This document shows positions 1 through 19,227 of a DNA stretch of 64,000 nucleotides, one piece after another. The stretch spans positions 4,836,001 through 4,900,000 of the forward strand of contig OZ218952.1 in the NCBI GenBank assembly GCA_965112735.1, given 5' to 3'. Made by a program: the position numbers and the translations under genes. This stretch comes from Phaeosaccion multiseriatum (Eukaryota; Protista; Ochrophyta, other classes). Every line of letters begins with the position of its first letter. Positions within the stretch are counted from its first letter, which is position 1. The notes beneath the pieces were generated by a model. That model did no database searches. It saw only the letters and a list, made by a program, of their open reading frames with translations, and was not told where the DNA came from.

Positions 1-542
1 CCTGTGATGCCCATCGCGAACGATTGAGCAGGGGAAGGCCCCTATTAGGCCTCAAAGGGGGGGGAATTTTGAACCTGCCCTTGATTGGGCCCCTTCTCTC
101 CTCCTGGCCCTATTCTAGACTGAAGACTTGGCGAAAGTCCAGCGGAATAGTCCCTGCGGAGGAGATGAAAGTCCTTTGGTCACATCACTAGCAAGCGAAG
201 TGGCAAAAAAAAAAAGGGAAGAGGAGAAATCTGAAATCCAGGGAAGGTGGAGGTTTGCGATTATTATACGCCGTTTCTTCCTTTCGCGGGTTGCCGTGAT
301 GGGTGAGGGATGAGGGGGGCTCATGAATTCAAGGAATGGCCTCAGATCTTCAGTAGAGATCTTCAGTAGCAATCGGTTCCCCGATGAGCGGCCTCAGAGG
401 CCTCAGAGGCCTCAGATCTTCAGCGGCCGGTCATTCAAAGGGAAACTGGCACACGCACGCACGAACACTCAGCTCCTCAATAGCTCAATAGCTCAATAAC
501 TCAATAGCTCAATAATAGCTCAATAGTGTAAAAAAGGAAAGC

Positions 543-7193
<6,651 letters not shown>

Positions 7194-7385
7194 TGGCCCA
7201 GAAGATGCACGAGCTTAGCCCCTAAGACGCCATGTAGATCCCATGTGCAATGGAGAAGAGAGGAGGAAAGGGGATCGAAAGGGACGAGATTGGAAGATAT
7301 GCGTGTTGGGTCTCCAGAGTCATCTCACAGATGGCTAGCATCTGTATTTTCTCCCTCTTCCTCCCCCCTCCCATCCGACTCTCCC

Positions 7386-7838
7386 ATGAGCTTCTTTGCT
7401 CAGAGACCACCGGGAAGAGTGGACACCCAGCAGAGGGAGGCGGAAGTCAAAGATGAGGTGGCCAATATAAGTGAGAGGTGAGGAAAGGGGGAAAAAAGGA
7501 AAGCAAGGTGAGGCGAAACTGTCGCGCCCCCCCTCTCACCCGCTCTGCGTGGTTCTCACCAAACGCGCGCACGCTGTGTTCTGTTTTGCAGAATCGCTCT
7601 GGAGCTGAAGGAGAGGATGGTGAAGGAGGGAAAAAAGGAGGCCCTGAAGGTCCACTTCAAGGGGGTTATGAAAGAACGGGGCGACTTCAACCTATCGGCC
7701 TCGGAGCTTGTGCGAGCCCTAAGGGAGCAGGGGAAGCCTCTAGTCCTCTCAAGGAGCTGCAAGAGGATCTTAGCAGAGAGGGCTGGGGCAGCGGCAGCTG
7801 CCTCAATACGTGCATCCCCCTCCCCCTTTTCTCCTTGA
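7386..7838 (+). CDS. ENY2/Sus1-like small protein (SAGA/TREX-2 component-like), 2 exons
   Basis: Exon 1 7386-7477 (GAGAG|GTGAGG) joins in frame to exon 2 7592-7838 (ttttgcag|A ATC). LKERMVKEGKKEALKVHFKGVMKERGDFNLSASELVRALREQGKPLV resembles the ENY2 core as I recall it ([47 protein letters not shown]). Confidence 0.6.
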
Positions 7839-8790
7839 TGACCATAGCCGCGATGGACCACCCGATTCGAGCGATTTTATTGAAGGCGCGGGTTGCCAGC
7901 ACCTACACGATCTTGATGGCTGCAGTCGCAGGGAGTGCACGCAGCGTGAAGTGGCGCTCATGGGGCGCGCGGCGCTAGACCGCAGCGGTGCGGCCCATCG
8001 CCTCCTCACCACCAAAGAACGTGGCTGGGAAGAGAGGAGGCAGAGAGGCGGGGAGAGGCGAGAGATCGGCAAGACAGGCACAGAGAGGTGCCCGGCACTT
8101 GGTCCTCAGTGGACGCCACCGTCCTCTCATCATCTCGCTACTTGTGACCCTTTGACTCTCGTCTCGCTCAGAGCTCAGAGGGCACCACTGGCCACCAGCA
8201 CCAAGCGATGGAAGTGATCGCACACTGGTGGGCATTTGCATCATGAGCAGAGGCGAAGTATAGCATGCACCATCGTCCGTGCCGGGACAAGTGTGCGGGC
8301 TATACTTTGGTCTAGCTCATGATGCAAATGTCCACGTGTCGGGCATCAGCGAGTCGTTCGTGCTGTGATGTATCAGCGAATCGTTCCTGCGTGATGACAC
8401 CCAACCACTACCCTGTGCGTACTTGGAGCGGCGAAGGGCTGGGAGGGGGGGGCTGTGGGTCCTCTCCCCCGCGGAGGCAGGACGTCGAGCTGCGCATGGT
8501 GCGAGGCAGAAGAGGGGGGCGGAGAACTGTTGTCTGGTCTCGCTCTTTTCTTTTCACCTTCGACCCCCTCTCGCTCTTGGTATGAATGTGGTTCGCAAAG
8601 GGGCCGGCAAGAAGAGGCAGGAACAGCAAACTTGTCCTGCATTATTTAAAGACATATTCTAACAGAAAAGAAGAAGGGATGTTGCCCGCCCCCCCCCCTG
8701 CCGTCCCTGCTTCCGACTGATCTAGGGCTGCCACTGAATCACCAACCTGCCGCGCCTATTGCGCCCCCTCCCCTCCCACTCCCCCTTCTA

Positions 8791-10890
8791 TTATGCCGCA
8801 GCGAGGTCCCTGATTTGCATGAGCTCAGTGCGAAGCATCTGCAGCTTCTTGGATATCACCTCCAGCCCCTGAGGGAGGGAGGGAGGGAGGTAGGGAGCGG
8901 GGCAGGAGAGAGTGTGAGTCACGGACGCGGACAGACACTGTGGTACCTTCGGTAGCCCTGACAAACTCACAGATCATTACCAACTCTCTTAGCCCTGACA
9001 AACTCACAGATCATTACCAACTCTCTTAGCCCTGACAAACTCAAACTCACAGATCATTACCAACTCTCTTGGCCGACAGATGCGTTAACTCCATCACGAT
9101 GTGTACACACAAACACCCAACCCAACCCCCCAAGCACACCCACCTGAATGACAACGTCTTCCGCGCTCATGGAGCCATTGGTCTCCACCGAGAAGATGAA
9201 GCGGTCCTCGCTGTGCCTCACAGACACTGCGTTTGTGTCCTCCTTGCGGGCCTTGAAGCTCTCCGCCAGGTACACGCAATCCAGGCAGTACATGCACATC
9301 TCGGGGTTCTTCACCACGAGGTGGCCTAGGCGGTCCATCTCGTACACCTGCGGTCGTTGGTGATACGGTGAGGACAGGCCACAGGAAGGGCGGCAGTTGG
9401 TTATACAGGAGGAGCAGAAGCAGGAGGAGGAGGAGAAAGAGAAAGCGGAGGAAGATCCCCAATGAGCATACTGATGTGACTTCAAGGAGCGTACTGATGT
9501 GTCCTCTTGACTTCAGGGTGGTCCTGGCCGCTGCCACGGACAGGGGAGGGCGGCTGCTACCTACACGCGATGCCCTCCAGCCCCACCACACCAGCCCCAG
9601 ACGGATGGACGGGACGCACAGCACGCACCTTCGTCGGGCAGCTGGCGCACAGCTGCTCCCTCTGCTCAACGCTGAGCTTGTCCGCCTCCTCCTTGTTGAC
9701 CGTCACGATGGGGTCGAACTGGTACGTTGCCACCGCGCAGGGGCTCCACTTGGCATGCTCCTTGCCGATGCCCTTCTTGGCGATGGCGGTGAGCTGAATG
9801 CACTGCCCCTTGCTGAGCTTGGCTATGGTGATGCCTGTGTCCTGGATGTGGTCAAGGTCGTCGCTAGCAGTGAACTTCACGGGGTCCACGCGCGTGTCCT
9901 GGCAGCGCAGGTGGGCAGAAGTGACGACAATGGGCGTGTCCTTCTCGTCCTCCTCCGTGCGGTGCTTGGCCATCTCCTCGTAGCTGGCGTCCAGCGTTAA
10001 AGTCACACTGTGTGTGGTGGTGTGTGGGGCGTTGGTTTGGTTGGGCATCGAGGAGGTTTGGTTGGGCATCGAGGAGGGGGAGGGGGAGGGGGCAGTGTCA
10101 GAGTACATTCCGATGGTGTGGGTGTGTAAGGGGGGGGGGTTGCCTTGTGGATGGGCGGGAGGAAGGGAGTCTTTTCGTCGGCCGGGCTCAACCGGTGTTG
10201 AGACAAATCGATGTTCGACACTGGATATCGATCTCTATATCGCTGGTACATATCTGTTCACTTCTCTTTGTACTCTATGTAGCTAATAAGACGCTTTCCC
10301 ACAACCCGTACACTCCCGTTGCTGAGCGTTGCTGTGCTTTGCATTGGCGGGCATCGGGGGGAGCAAGAGGCCCTCCCTTCCCCTCCTTTGTCTCATCTCA
10401 CACCAGGCAAGGCAAGGGGCAGCCATCGAATCGATCTAGCGTGTGCCTCCATCGCCCTGTCCATTGATTCAACCGCCCAGCGTCCATTGGTTCACGCATC
10501 CCGGACGACTTGCCTGTCCCTCTTCCTTTCCTCTCTCCAGCCAACCAATCAAACAAGCCGTCTGCCAAGAGACCAAGGGAGACCGCCCGCCCTCTCTCAC
10601 CTGCACTTCTGACAATGGTCCTCGCAGTCGCAGTCAAAGTTGAACTCAAAGTCCGCCCCTGGCACCGTCCTCAGCGGAATGAGGCCCAATCGGTGCGCCA
10701 AGAACTCGTCCTGCAAGGCGCTGCTGTTCTGGTAGATGGTGATTAGGTCCATGGCCATCACCGGCACCTCTGCGATCATCACGCGCCGCAGAGCATTGGC
10801 CACGCTCGTGTCCGTGTCGCTCAGCACGAACTTTACAAAGTCATCACGCAGCTCCTTAATCTCTACCTTCGGCGCACGGATATTAGGCAT
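8791..10890 (-). CDS. RPB3: DNA-directed RNA polymerase II subunit RPB3, 4 exons
   Basis: Exons 10890-10601, 10007-9629, 9347-9144, 8868-8791. Motifs VANALRRVMIAEVP, DEFLAHRLGLIPL, Zn motif CDCEDHCQKC, KGIGKEHAKWSP, FIFSVETNGS. Confidence 0.95.
8954..9070. repeat. About 37-bp tandem repeat x3 (AGCCCTGACAAACTCACAGATCATTACCAACTCTCTT)
   Basis: Three direct copies in the last RPB3 intron. Confidence 0.9.
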
Positions 10891-11256
10891 GCCAGCCTCC
10901 CTCTATTCGACGCCCCTCGCGCCGGAGAAGGGGGGGGGGGGCTGCCTCTCTACTGCCAAGGCGACTCCGCCAGAGGAGAGCAGGAGGGAAAGAGGGGCAT
11001 CAACTCCTTTCGATGGCCGCTTTTCCTGACGAGGAGCCACTGCTTGCTGCTCACGTTGCTTCCCTTACTTGTGAAGCCAGATGATGATATCGCCGATCTT
11101 ACGTAACTTGTTGACTTACTGATCCTGGGCGACAAACAACGCCGTCGGGCTTGCGGATCAGTGCAGGCAAGAGGGTGAGGCTTGGCTGTACGTGGTGGCC
11201 TTGCTGCTACCGCTGCTGCTTCTCCTACTCGCGACGCTGCTCCACTAGCGCGAAAC

Positions 11257-14200
11257 ATGGAGAAGGAGGCAGCCGCGCTGGTCCTGGAGGCAGCACCTTC
11301 CTCTCCATTTTCAGCTTCTGTCTCACCTACTGCCAAGGAGGCCTCTTTAGCCAGGGCTGCGGCAGCTGCAGCGGCTGCCGCAGTCTCGCCTTCTGATCGA
11401 TCCAGGCCCCCTTCGCCTGCGGTGGATGACGCCGACGCGCCTCCTCCTCACCCTCCTGCCCTCCCTCCGAGGGACAAAAATGCCACCTCCCCTCCACCGA
11501 CAGGCAGCAGCAGCAACGGCGGCAGTCGGCAGCCGACGCCAACCGCAGCAGGAGGGGGAGAGGACGGGGGGCAGAAACCGAAGGTTGTGGTCGACGATGA
11601 TGACAGCGACATGCACATGCCAGTCCTCCGCTTGTTCGACCCGGAGCAGCTGTGGGGATACGTCGAGCTTCCTCTGCAGCTGTACATGCCCCTGCGCAAT
11701 CTCACGCTCAAGAGCTCCATGACCGACGCCCCCATCCTCATTGAGGAGCTGCCTGTCAAGTGGATCGTGCACCGCTCGCAGGCCTCGCAGCGGCTCGCCA
11801 TGAAGGCCTGCTCCCCGCCTTCGGAGTGGCACAAGGCGCCCTTCGCCCACATTTACCTCATCACCGCGGAGAGCCAGGAGCACTACAAGAGCAGCGTCAG
11901 GCCAAAGCTCAGGGAGTGGGTGGACGGCATCAACGAGCGCGTGCACGGCGGCTGGCTCATCGTCTACGTCAACTTGTCCAGCGGCCCCAAGCAGGCCGAC
12001 ACCGCCGAGCAGGCGGACATGCACAGCAAGGTCTACAGCTTGCTCAGCGCAGACTTCAATTCCCGCTCCCCCGGCGACAGGAGCAGCTTCGTGACCTTGC
12101 TCATGGGGGATAGTGAGAAGCGGACCTCCTCTCCGCGCAAGACAGCAGATGGCGCCGCCGACGGTGGGACCGGTGCACCGAGGTCAGGCACCGCCGTGTG
12201 TGGGGGGGTACGGGTGGTGTCATGCCAGCCACCTTCTCTCTGTGTCCATCGTGTGTGCAGGTGTCTTGTTTGGGGCTGGTTGGCCCCTGGTTGGACTTGG
12301 ACCTTCTTGACCCGCTTTGCATCTCTTGCATCACAGTACCCACCACCCCATTGGAGCGAATGACTGACTGACTGACTAACTGACTCCGCGGCCCCCCACC
12401 CCCTCCTCCCCCAGTGACGGCAAGAAGCCCGCCCCGAGCATGCGGCACTTCCCCCGCCAGTGGACAGACGACCTCATGGCCAAGCTGGGGCAGACAGTCG
12501 TGGAGACCTTCGACGTGAAGCGTATGCTCTTCGAGGAGGAGCTCAGGCGCCTCGAGTCCAAGCGTCAGACGAGCGCCTGGGACTTCTCCACCTTCTTCGT
12601 GGTGAAGGAGGGCCTGGCGCTGACGTACCACTCGCTGCAGCTGCCCGGGGAGGCCCTAGTCAAGTATCAGGAGCTGGCGGTGCACATTATGGAGGTGTGT
12701 GTGTGTGTGTGGGGGGGGGGGGGAGGGGTGTGCTTGTGTGTGTATGGGAGAGAGAGACTGGATACTCTGTGGCTGAAGCATTCTCGAGACGGAGAGGACG
12801 GCACGCCGTATTTCTATTGGTCTCCTGTGAGTAATCGCTCGACAAGGGTTGTCGGACTGGAGTCCCTCGCTTGCAACCCCTTCCTTTCCGCGACTGGATT
12901 GACTTCCCTCTCCTCTCACCCTCTCTCTCATCCCACGCCATCGTCACAGGTGGGCGATGACCTTGTGGCAGAGGAGAAGAAGAACACGGACGCGGAGAAA
13001 CTGATGCTGGGTCTTCCCTCCGCCGTCGCCACGGGCCAGAGGGACACCAGCGCGGGGGCGGGGGTTTCGAACGGCTTCTTCGGGAGGTGGGGGGCGGACG
13101 ACAGCGCCGACAGCGGAGGAGGAGGGGGAGTGGTGGCAGGGGGTTCGGAGGTGCCCTCTGTGTTGGACTACTCGAGGCTGCGCTTCCGGCAGCGGCTCAA
13201 GGCCAACCAAGTGGCCAACACCGTGCTGGAGATGCAGCTGTACATCTTCGTGAGGGAATGCGACCTCTTCTTCGACCTGCACAAGCCCGACGATGTGGCC
13301 AAGTGCGCGCTGGCCTTCATCCCGGCCTACTATACTGAGCTGTCGGTCATGCCAGGCCTGTCGGGAGGGAGCGTGGAGCTGTGGGCCGTGAAGGCATGCT
13401 GGGATGTCACTAAGGGGCTCATGCAGTACTGGAAACAAAGGGACGCAGATCGAGCAGCCGAGGCGGATGAGGCCGCTGCCTTGGAGGAGGCTCGGGGCGG
13501 GGGGGGCAATACTGCTGCTGCTACTGCTGCTGCAGAAGGAGGAGGAGGAGGAGGAGGAGGAGGGGGCGCGCCTGGAAGGGAGAGGGCAACAGCAGCAGCA
13601 GCAGCAGGAGGAGGAGGGTCCAACAGGGCACGCTCGCTCTCTCCCAGGCACACCAAGGCGTCCGCGGCGGCTGCCGAGAAAGTGGCCCAGAGCAAGGCGA
13701 AGGAGGCCAAGAAGGACCTCGTGGCGTCGGGCAAGCTTGCCGTGCTGCTCTCCTTCGCGGCGGCGAGGCTCAAGGCCTACGCCAAGAGACTGTACGGCTC
13801 AGAGACGCTGGCGGCGGAGTCGGGGCTGTGGTCGCTGCAGCGCTACGGCCTCATACCGTATCTTCAGAGGTGGACGCCGCCCCCTCGGGGAGGGACGGGA
13901 GAACGAGGAGGAGGAGGAGGAGGAGAGGGAGAAGGGCGAGTCATGTTTTGGGATAGTGACAACGAGGGAGAGGAGCTGCAAGCGTGGACAGGGAGGGAAG
14001 ACGGCAGGAGTGGTAGCAGTAGCATCAATGTCGAGGGGCGTGATACTGGCCACGGTGATGGCAACCCGAACCCCATTCTCCGGCTGGCGACGGACGCCGC
14101 TCGGCCGTCCATCGTCTCGCTGGACCTCGCTTACCAGCAGCTCACGCTCGCGTGGGTGCAGCATCAAAAGAGGCTTGGCAGACGCCGATTTGTGTGCCAC

Positions 14201-16841
14201 ATGCAGCGCCTGAGAGCGGAGCAGTACCTGCACCTGGGGGAGTACAGCATGGCCGAGCAGCTCCTGGGGGGCAGCGATGTGCAGGGTGTGTTCGAGGCGG
14301 ACGGGGGGTGGAACGCGCCTTTGTTCTGGAGCCTGCACCGCCGGGCCATGTGCTACTGGGAGATGCGGCGCTGGGGCCCTTACGTCAAGTGCGTGTTGGG
14401 GATGGGGCAGGCGGCAGAGGGGCTGCTGCCGGTGGTGCCCACGGGGAACTCTTCTTCTTCGACGAGTAGCCGCAGCCAGGACGGGCTGTCGGCCATCGGC
14501 GGTCACAAAAACGTCAGCGGCGAAGAGGTGCTGCGCAGCTTGGCAGGGGACGTTGATGCGCTACTGCAGGGGGGGGAGGGGCCGCAGATGGCACTTGATT
14601 TGGACAGCGTGGGCACGCTCTCGTTGGCGATGGGTCCCTTGCACAGCAGCGCCCAACGAGAGGACAAGGCCGCACTGTTCCGGGCCATGAGCGCCGGCAG
14701 CACTGCGGCGGCCCCTCTCCTCTCTGCTGGGGCAGCTGGTGGGCCCACCACGAGCGGCGGGGTTGTCCCGCTCCGAGTGGGGCAGGAGATGGAGGTGACG
14801 TGTGAGCTGGACTTGTGGCTGCCGCTCCCCATTACCCTCAAGGATGTCGAGCTCACTCTCGCCCCCAGGGGGAGGAGCAGCAGTAGAGCCACAGAGAAGG
14901 CGAGGGAGAAGGAGGAGGGGGGCGGAGGTGGTGACACAGGAGCAGCAGGGACAGCAGCAGGGACAGCAGCAGGGACAGCACCAGGGGCGTCTCTATCGTG
15001 CTCTCTCTCCATGCGCAAGACGAGTGTCGTGGGCCGGCCTGCCCCTCCGGTCCCGCTGTGTCGAGCCTCCTTGGCGGAGGTGAAGCTTGAGCCTGGCCCC
15101 AACCGAATGCGCTTCCTCTTTGTGCCGCACACGGCCGGAGACTTGGAGCCCAAGAGCATGCGTGCCACATGGGGCAGCGTCACGCTCGAGAAAGAGTGGC
15201 CCCGGGGGGGAGGGGCAGAGGGCGGCGGCGGAGGCGATGGCAGTGGAAGGGTGGGTTGGGGTGGGCAGCAAGACAAAGCAGGGGATGGGCCATCATCCGA
15301 AGGCGGCGGCGGATCTCCTCGAGATGAAGCGGCGTTACAAGCACCGTTACCGTCACCTTCTTCTTCGTCTTGTTCTCCGCTGCTGCCGCTGCCGTCGCCA
15401 TTGGTGAATGTGCTGCCCTTCAAGCCCACCTCTGCAGTGTCCATCGTGGTGCCGCCCTTCCTCCCCGTGGGGCAGGAGGGGTTGTTGAAGGTGGTGCTGT
15501 CCACGGGCAATGATACGCTGCACGAGGGGGCTTTTGTCAAGCTTGCCCTCACTCCGGAGCTGCTCAGGCTCAGCGGCACCTCGCCCATACGGGCCACACG
15601 CAAGAAGAGAAAAGGCAGCAGTAGTAGTAGTAGTAGTAGTAGCAGTAGTAATACCAGTAGAGGGTGGTTCGGTGGCGGGGGTAAAGTGGACAACGGGGGC
15701 GGAGGAGCAGGCGACGATGTGCAGATCGAGGCCACCCCCTCAGCAGCGTGCACGGCGGGAGAAGCCACCCTTGCTCTTCCCTGGGAAAGGCTGGAGAGCG
15801 GAGAGGAGGTGGTCATGTCCATCCCCTTTGTCTCGCTCTCCTCCTCAACCTCAGCAGTTGGTCATACAGCATCTTCACATCGCTCCCCGACTAGATCCGG
15901 CAGGCGCCGCAGCAGCCCGGGAACGCCCTCCCTCTCTCCCCCACCCCCTGGAGGAGCCGGAGCCGGAACCGGAGCCGGAGCTGAATCAACGCCAACGAGG
16001 GCGGAAATGAACAGTCCTGCCCGCCGCCAGAGTCGCCAGGGCGTGGAGATGAGTGGGCCCAGGGCCAAGGGCAAGAGGATGGCAGTCGATGGGGGCGGGC
16101 AGGGCGGGCAGCAGTGGGGCGTGAATATGCTGGGAGCGGTGTCTGTGGAGCTCGTCGCTCGGCACAGCGGAGAGGACTCCGCGCCGGCGTTTACAGGGCT
16201 GCAGTGCGAGACGAGGGCGGCGGCGGTGGTCAACGTGTGCGAACCCTTCGTGGTGGAGCTCAGCAGCCGCATACAGCCGCAGCCACAGCAGTTGGTCGTA
16301 CAGCCTCAGTCGGCGCCGTCGACGAACCCCTTTGTGTTTGTACAAGGCTGTCTCACGTGCGGGGCGCCCATTCCGCTGCGGCTGTTGTCGTACGCGTGCC
16401 ATTTGAGGGCGGACTTGGAGGCGGTGGACGACCCCAACAGCCTGCTCGAGGGGCAAGTGGTCAGACCAGGGCAGCAGGTGCGCGTCAGCCTCAGGGTAAG
16501 GGCGAAGGAGGGGGCAGGGGGAGGGGGGGGGGAGGATGGGGAGGAGGAGGGGGCGTCCTTCGGGCAGTTGCGGCTGGGCTACGCGATGGAGTGCTCGGAG
16601 GAGGGGGAGGAGGGGGGGCAGCCCCAGCCCCTGCGGACGGAGGCGGAGCACTCCTTCTCAGTGCAGCTCGAAGGGCTTGTGGCCCCCACCTTGCCCCCAG
16701 CCACCCTGTGCGTGACCCCCTTCATCGACTTGACGCCTGTTGCTGTATCACCAACTGTTGGTGGTGGTGTTGACGGTGAGGAGGACGACAGCCGGCGCCT
16801 AGTGACGGGCGAGCCTAGCAGCTTTGACCTGTGCATCAAGG

Positions 16842-16902
<61 letters not shown>

Positions 16903-17287
16903 GCAGCAAAGTGCGGCCTCTGCCTCCCTCCCTTCCCTGCTGGTGACTTACACCCTGCAGGTCAACCCCCTCGACTGGATGGTGGGCGGCAAGAGCAGAG
17001 CCACGGTGGAGTGTGTGCGCGTGGGCAGCGGCAGCAGCGAAGGCGATGGCTATGACGATGGCAGCTCACAGGCTCGGCTCCTCATGGGGCGGGTGGAGCT
17101 TATACCTCTGCGGTGCGGGCGGCTGTGTCTACCCAAGATCGGCGTGTCTGCCCCTGTGCCGTCGTCGTCGTCGTCGGATCCGCTGCGCAAGTTGGTGGTA
17201 TGGCCGCAGGCGGAGCGCCATGTGAGCGTGCTGGCCCCGGGGGAGGCGACGTGCTTGTACCACCTAAAGAGGCGGGACGTGGCCTAA
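11257..17287 (+). CDS. TRAPPC10: Trafficking protein particle complex subunit 10 (Trs130), 3 exons
   Basis: Exons about 11257-12182, 12415-12694, 12950-17287. Motifs PLRNLTLKS, PFAHIYL, YKSSVRPKLREW, WLIVYV, EEELRRLESKRQTSAWDFSTFFVVKEGLA, EALVKYQEL, and C-terminal DWMVGGKSR...LIPLRCGRLCLPKI. Confidence 0.88.
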
Positions 17288-17410
17288 GGGCGTGCCCTAG
17301 CTTAGCTTAGATCCTTGGCTTCTTGGGTAGCGAATTGCTCTCGTTGCTCGAGCTCCTTGCTCTTAAAGCTCAGGCACTTCATGCTGAGACCGTTGAGTAC
17401 AGATAGAAAA

Positions 17411-17677
17411 TCAACCCCTGATACACTATCCGCTATCCGCTATCGCCGGCGCCAGCCGGCGGCACGCTATCCGCTATCGCCGGCGCCAGCCGGCGCGCTA
17501 TCCGCTATCGCCGTCGCAGCCGGCACGCTATCCGCTATCGCCGGCGCCAGCCGGCGCACTATCCACTATCGCCGTCGCAGCCGGCACGCTATCCGCTATC
17601 GGTCGGCGCCAGCCGGTGCGCTATCCGCTATCGGCCGGCGCCAGCCGGCGCGCTATCCGCCGTGTATCAGGGGTTGA
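17411..17677. mobile_element. Putative non-autonomous (MITE-like) element with 16-bp terminal inverted repeats and an internal 30-31 bp tandem array
   Basis: TCAACCCCTGATACAC (17411-17426) and GTGTATCAGGGGTTGA (17662-17677) are exact reverse complements. AGAAAA flanks both sides. The interior is 7-8 copies of CGCTATCCGCTATCGCCGGCGCCAGCCGGCG variants. Confidence 0.6.
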
Positions 17678-18086
17678 AGAAAAAGTAAAGACGTTTTGAA
17701 AGAGGATGGCACTTGACGGGAGAGGATGGCACTTAACACTTGAGGAAAGAATTTTTTTTTTTTATATTATAAGAACACACCAAGCCCTATTGCAGCTATT
17801 AGCAGCCACGCTGCTGAGTTTCAAGGAGGGGGAGGTGAGAGACGGCTGCGGTCTCCCCGGCCTGCAGCAGGGAGCAGCAGCCCCAATGCAAAACTAAAAT
17901 GCTCTCCCCTCCCACATCTTCTTCGTCTCCACCAACTGTCTGCCCTCTCTCTTTTTTACCCGCCTCTTGGATTATCGTCATTGCTTACGCCTACCTCCTT
18001 CTCGCTGTCTTTCTCCTCCTTATCGTCTTCCTGGCACCCTGCCTGGATCGATCAAATGTGGGATTCGATTAGAGGGTGACGGCAAG

Positions 18087-19151
18087 ATGAGCGAAGAGCG
18101 AGGAGGAGGTGGCGACAATACAGAGGAGCGGCCGCTGGTGGCCCCCCGCGGATGGAGAGGCGAGAGGGTGAGCGGGGGGACGAAATGGCATACTCCTACA
18201 GCCTCTACGGACAAGACAGTGGGGGGGAGGGAAACAAGGAGGAGTCTTGGAGGGACAGAGGTAGCGTGGACACCGGTTCCAGGGTCTCCTGTCGCGGCGG
18301 GGAAGAAGAGGTATGGACGGGCTTGGAAAACTGACTTTCCTCCCCACCTCTCTCATATTCTCTCCCCTTTCCCCGTCTTTCTTAGCACCAAGACGGACCA
18401 CATGGCTTCCTTCAACGCCAAGGTATGGGGCTTGGGAGGTGGAGCTCTCGCCAAGGGGAGGTACCACGCCCACATGGTGGCAAGGGAGGAGCGCCAAGTG
18501 GACGAGACAATGGCGGAGGTAGTGAGCAAGCTTAAGCTGGAGCAGGAGGAGCAGGACAGGCGGCGGAAGGAGGAGAGGGTGAGGAAGAGGAGGCTGGAGA
18601 GCGAGGAGAGCGAGCAGAGCGAGCAGAGTGCTGACAATTCCGCGCTGAGCAGAAGCGAGGGAAGTTCGGGATATAGCAGCGCCGGTTCGAGCCGGGTGAG
18701 CAGCGCGGGCGGCAGCGTGGACAAGGACTTGGCTGGTTTGGCCGCGGCCCTCCCCATCAAAGTCAAGCATGCACAAGCAGCAGGAGTTGGTGATACAGCA
18801 GCAGCCGCAGCAACGGGAGAGGGAGGCATTCGCGCAGGAGTGGCGGCGGCGGCAGAGCGGGACCGCGTGAGGCCAGTAACGACCGAGGACCTCGACATCT
18901 CCCTCTGCAGCTACACGAGCCAGGACTACACCAGCCAAGGCTATAGCAGCAACGGTCGCCCCGGCTCGCCCAGGAAGGAGCCCCGCACGCCCCGAGCGTA
19001 CCTCAGGAGTAAGCACGGATCGGGTAAGGGTAAGGGTGTGTGGAAGGGGCGTGCATGTGTGGGTGCGTGCGTGCGTGCGTGCGTGCGTGCGTGTGGCCGT
19101 GCGGGGGCGCATGTGGGCACAGCAGGAGGAATAGCGGCCGTACCGTGGGTG

Positions 19152-19227
<76 letters not shown>

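Noticed and set aside
1-540. Short ORFs and small repeats (GGCCTCAGA x3, CTCAATAG x6) at the window start
   Set aside because: No coding or element signature can be supported, and the context is truncated by the window edge.
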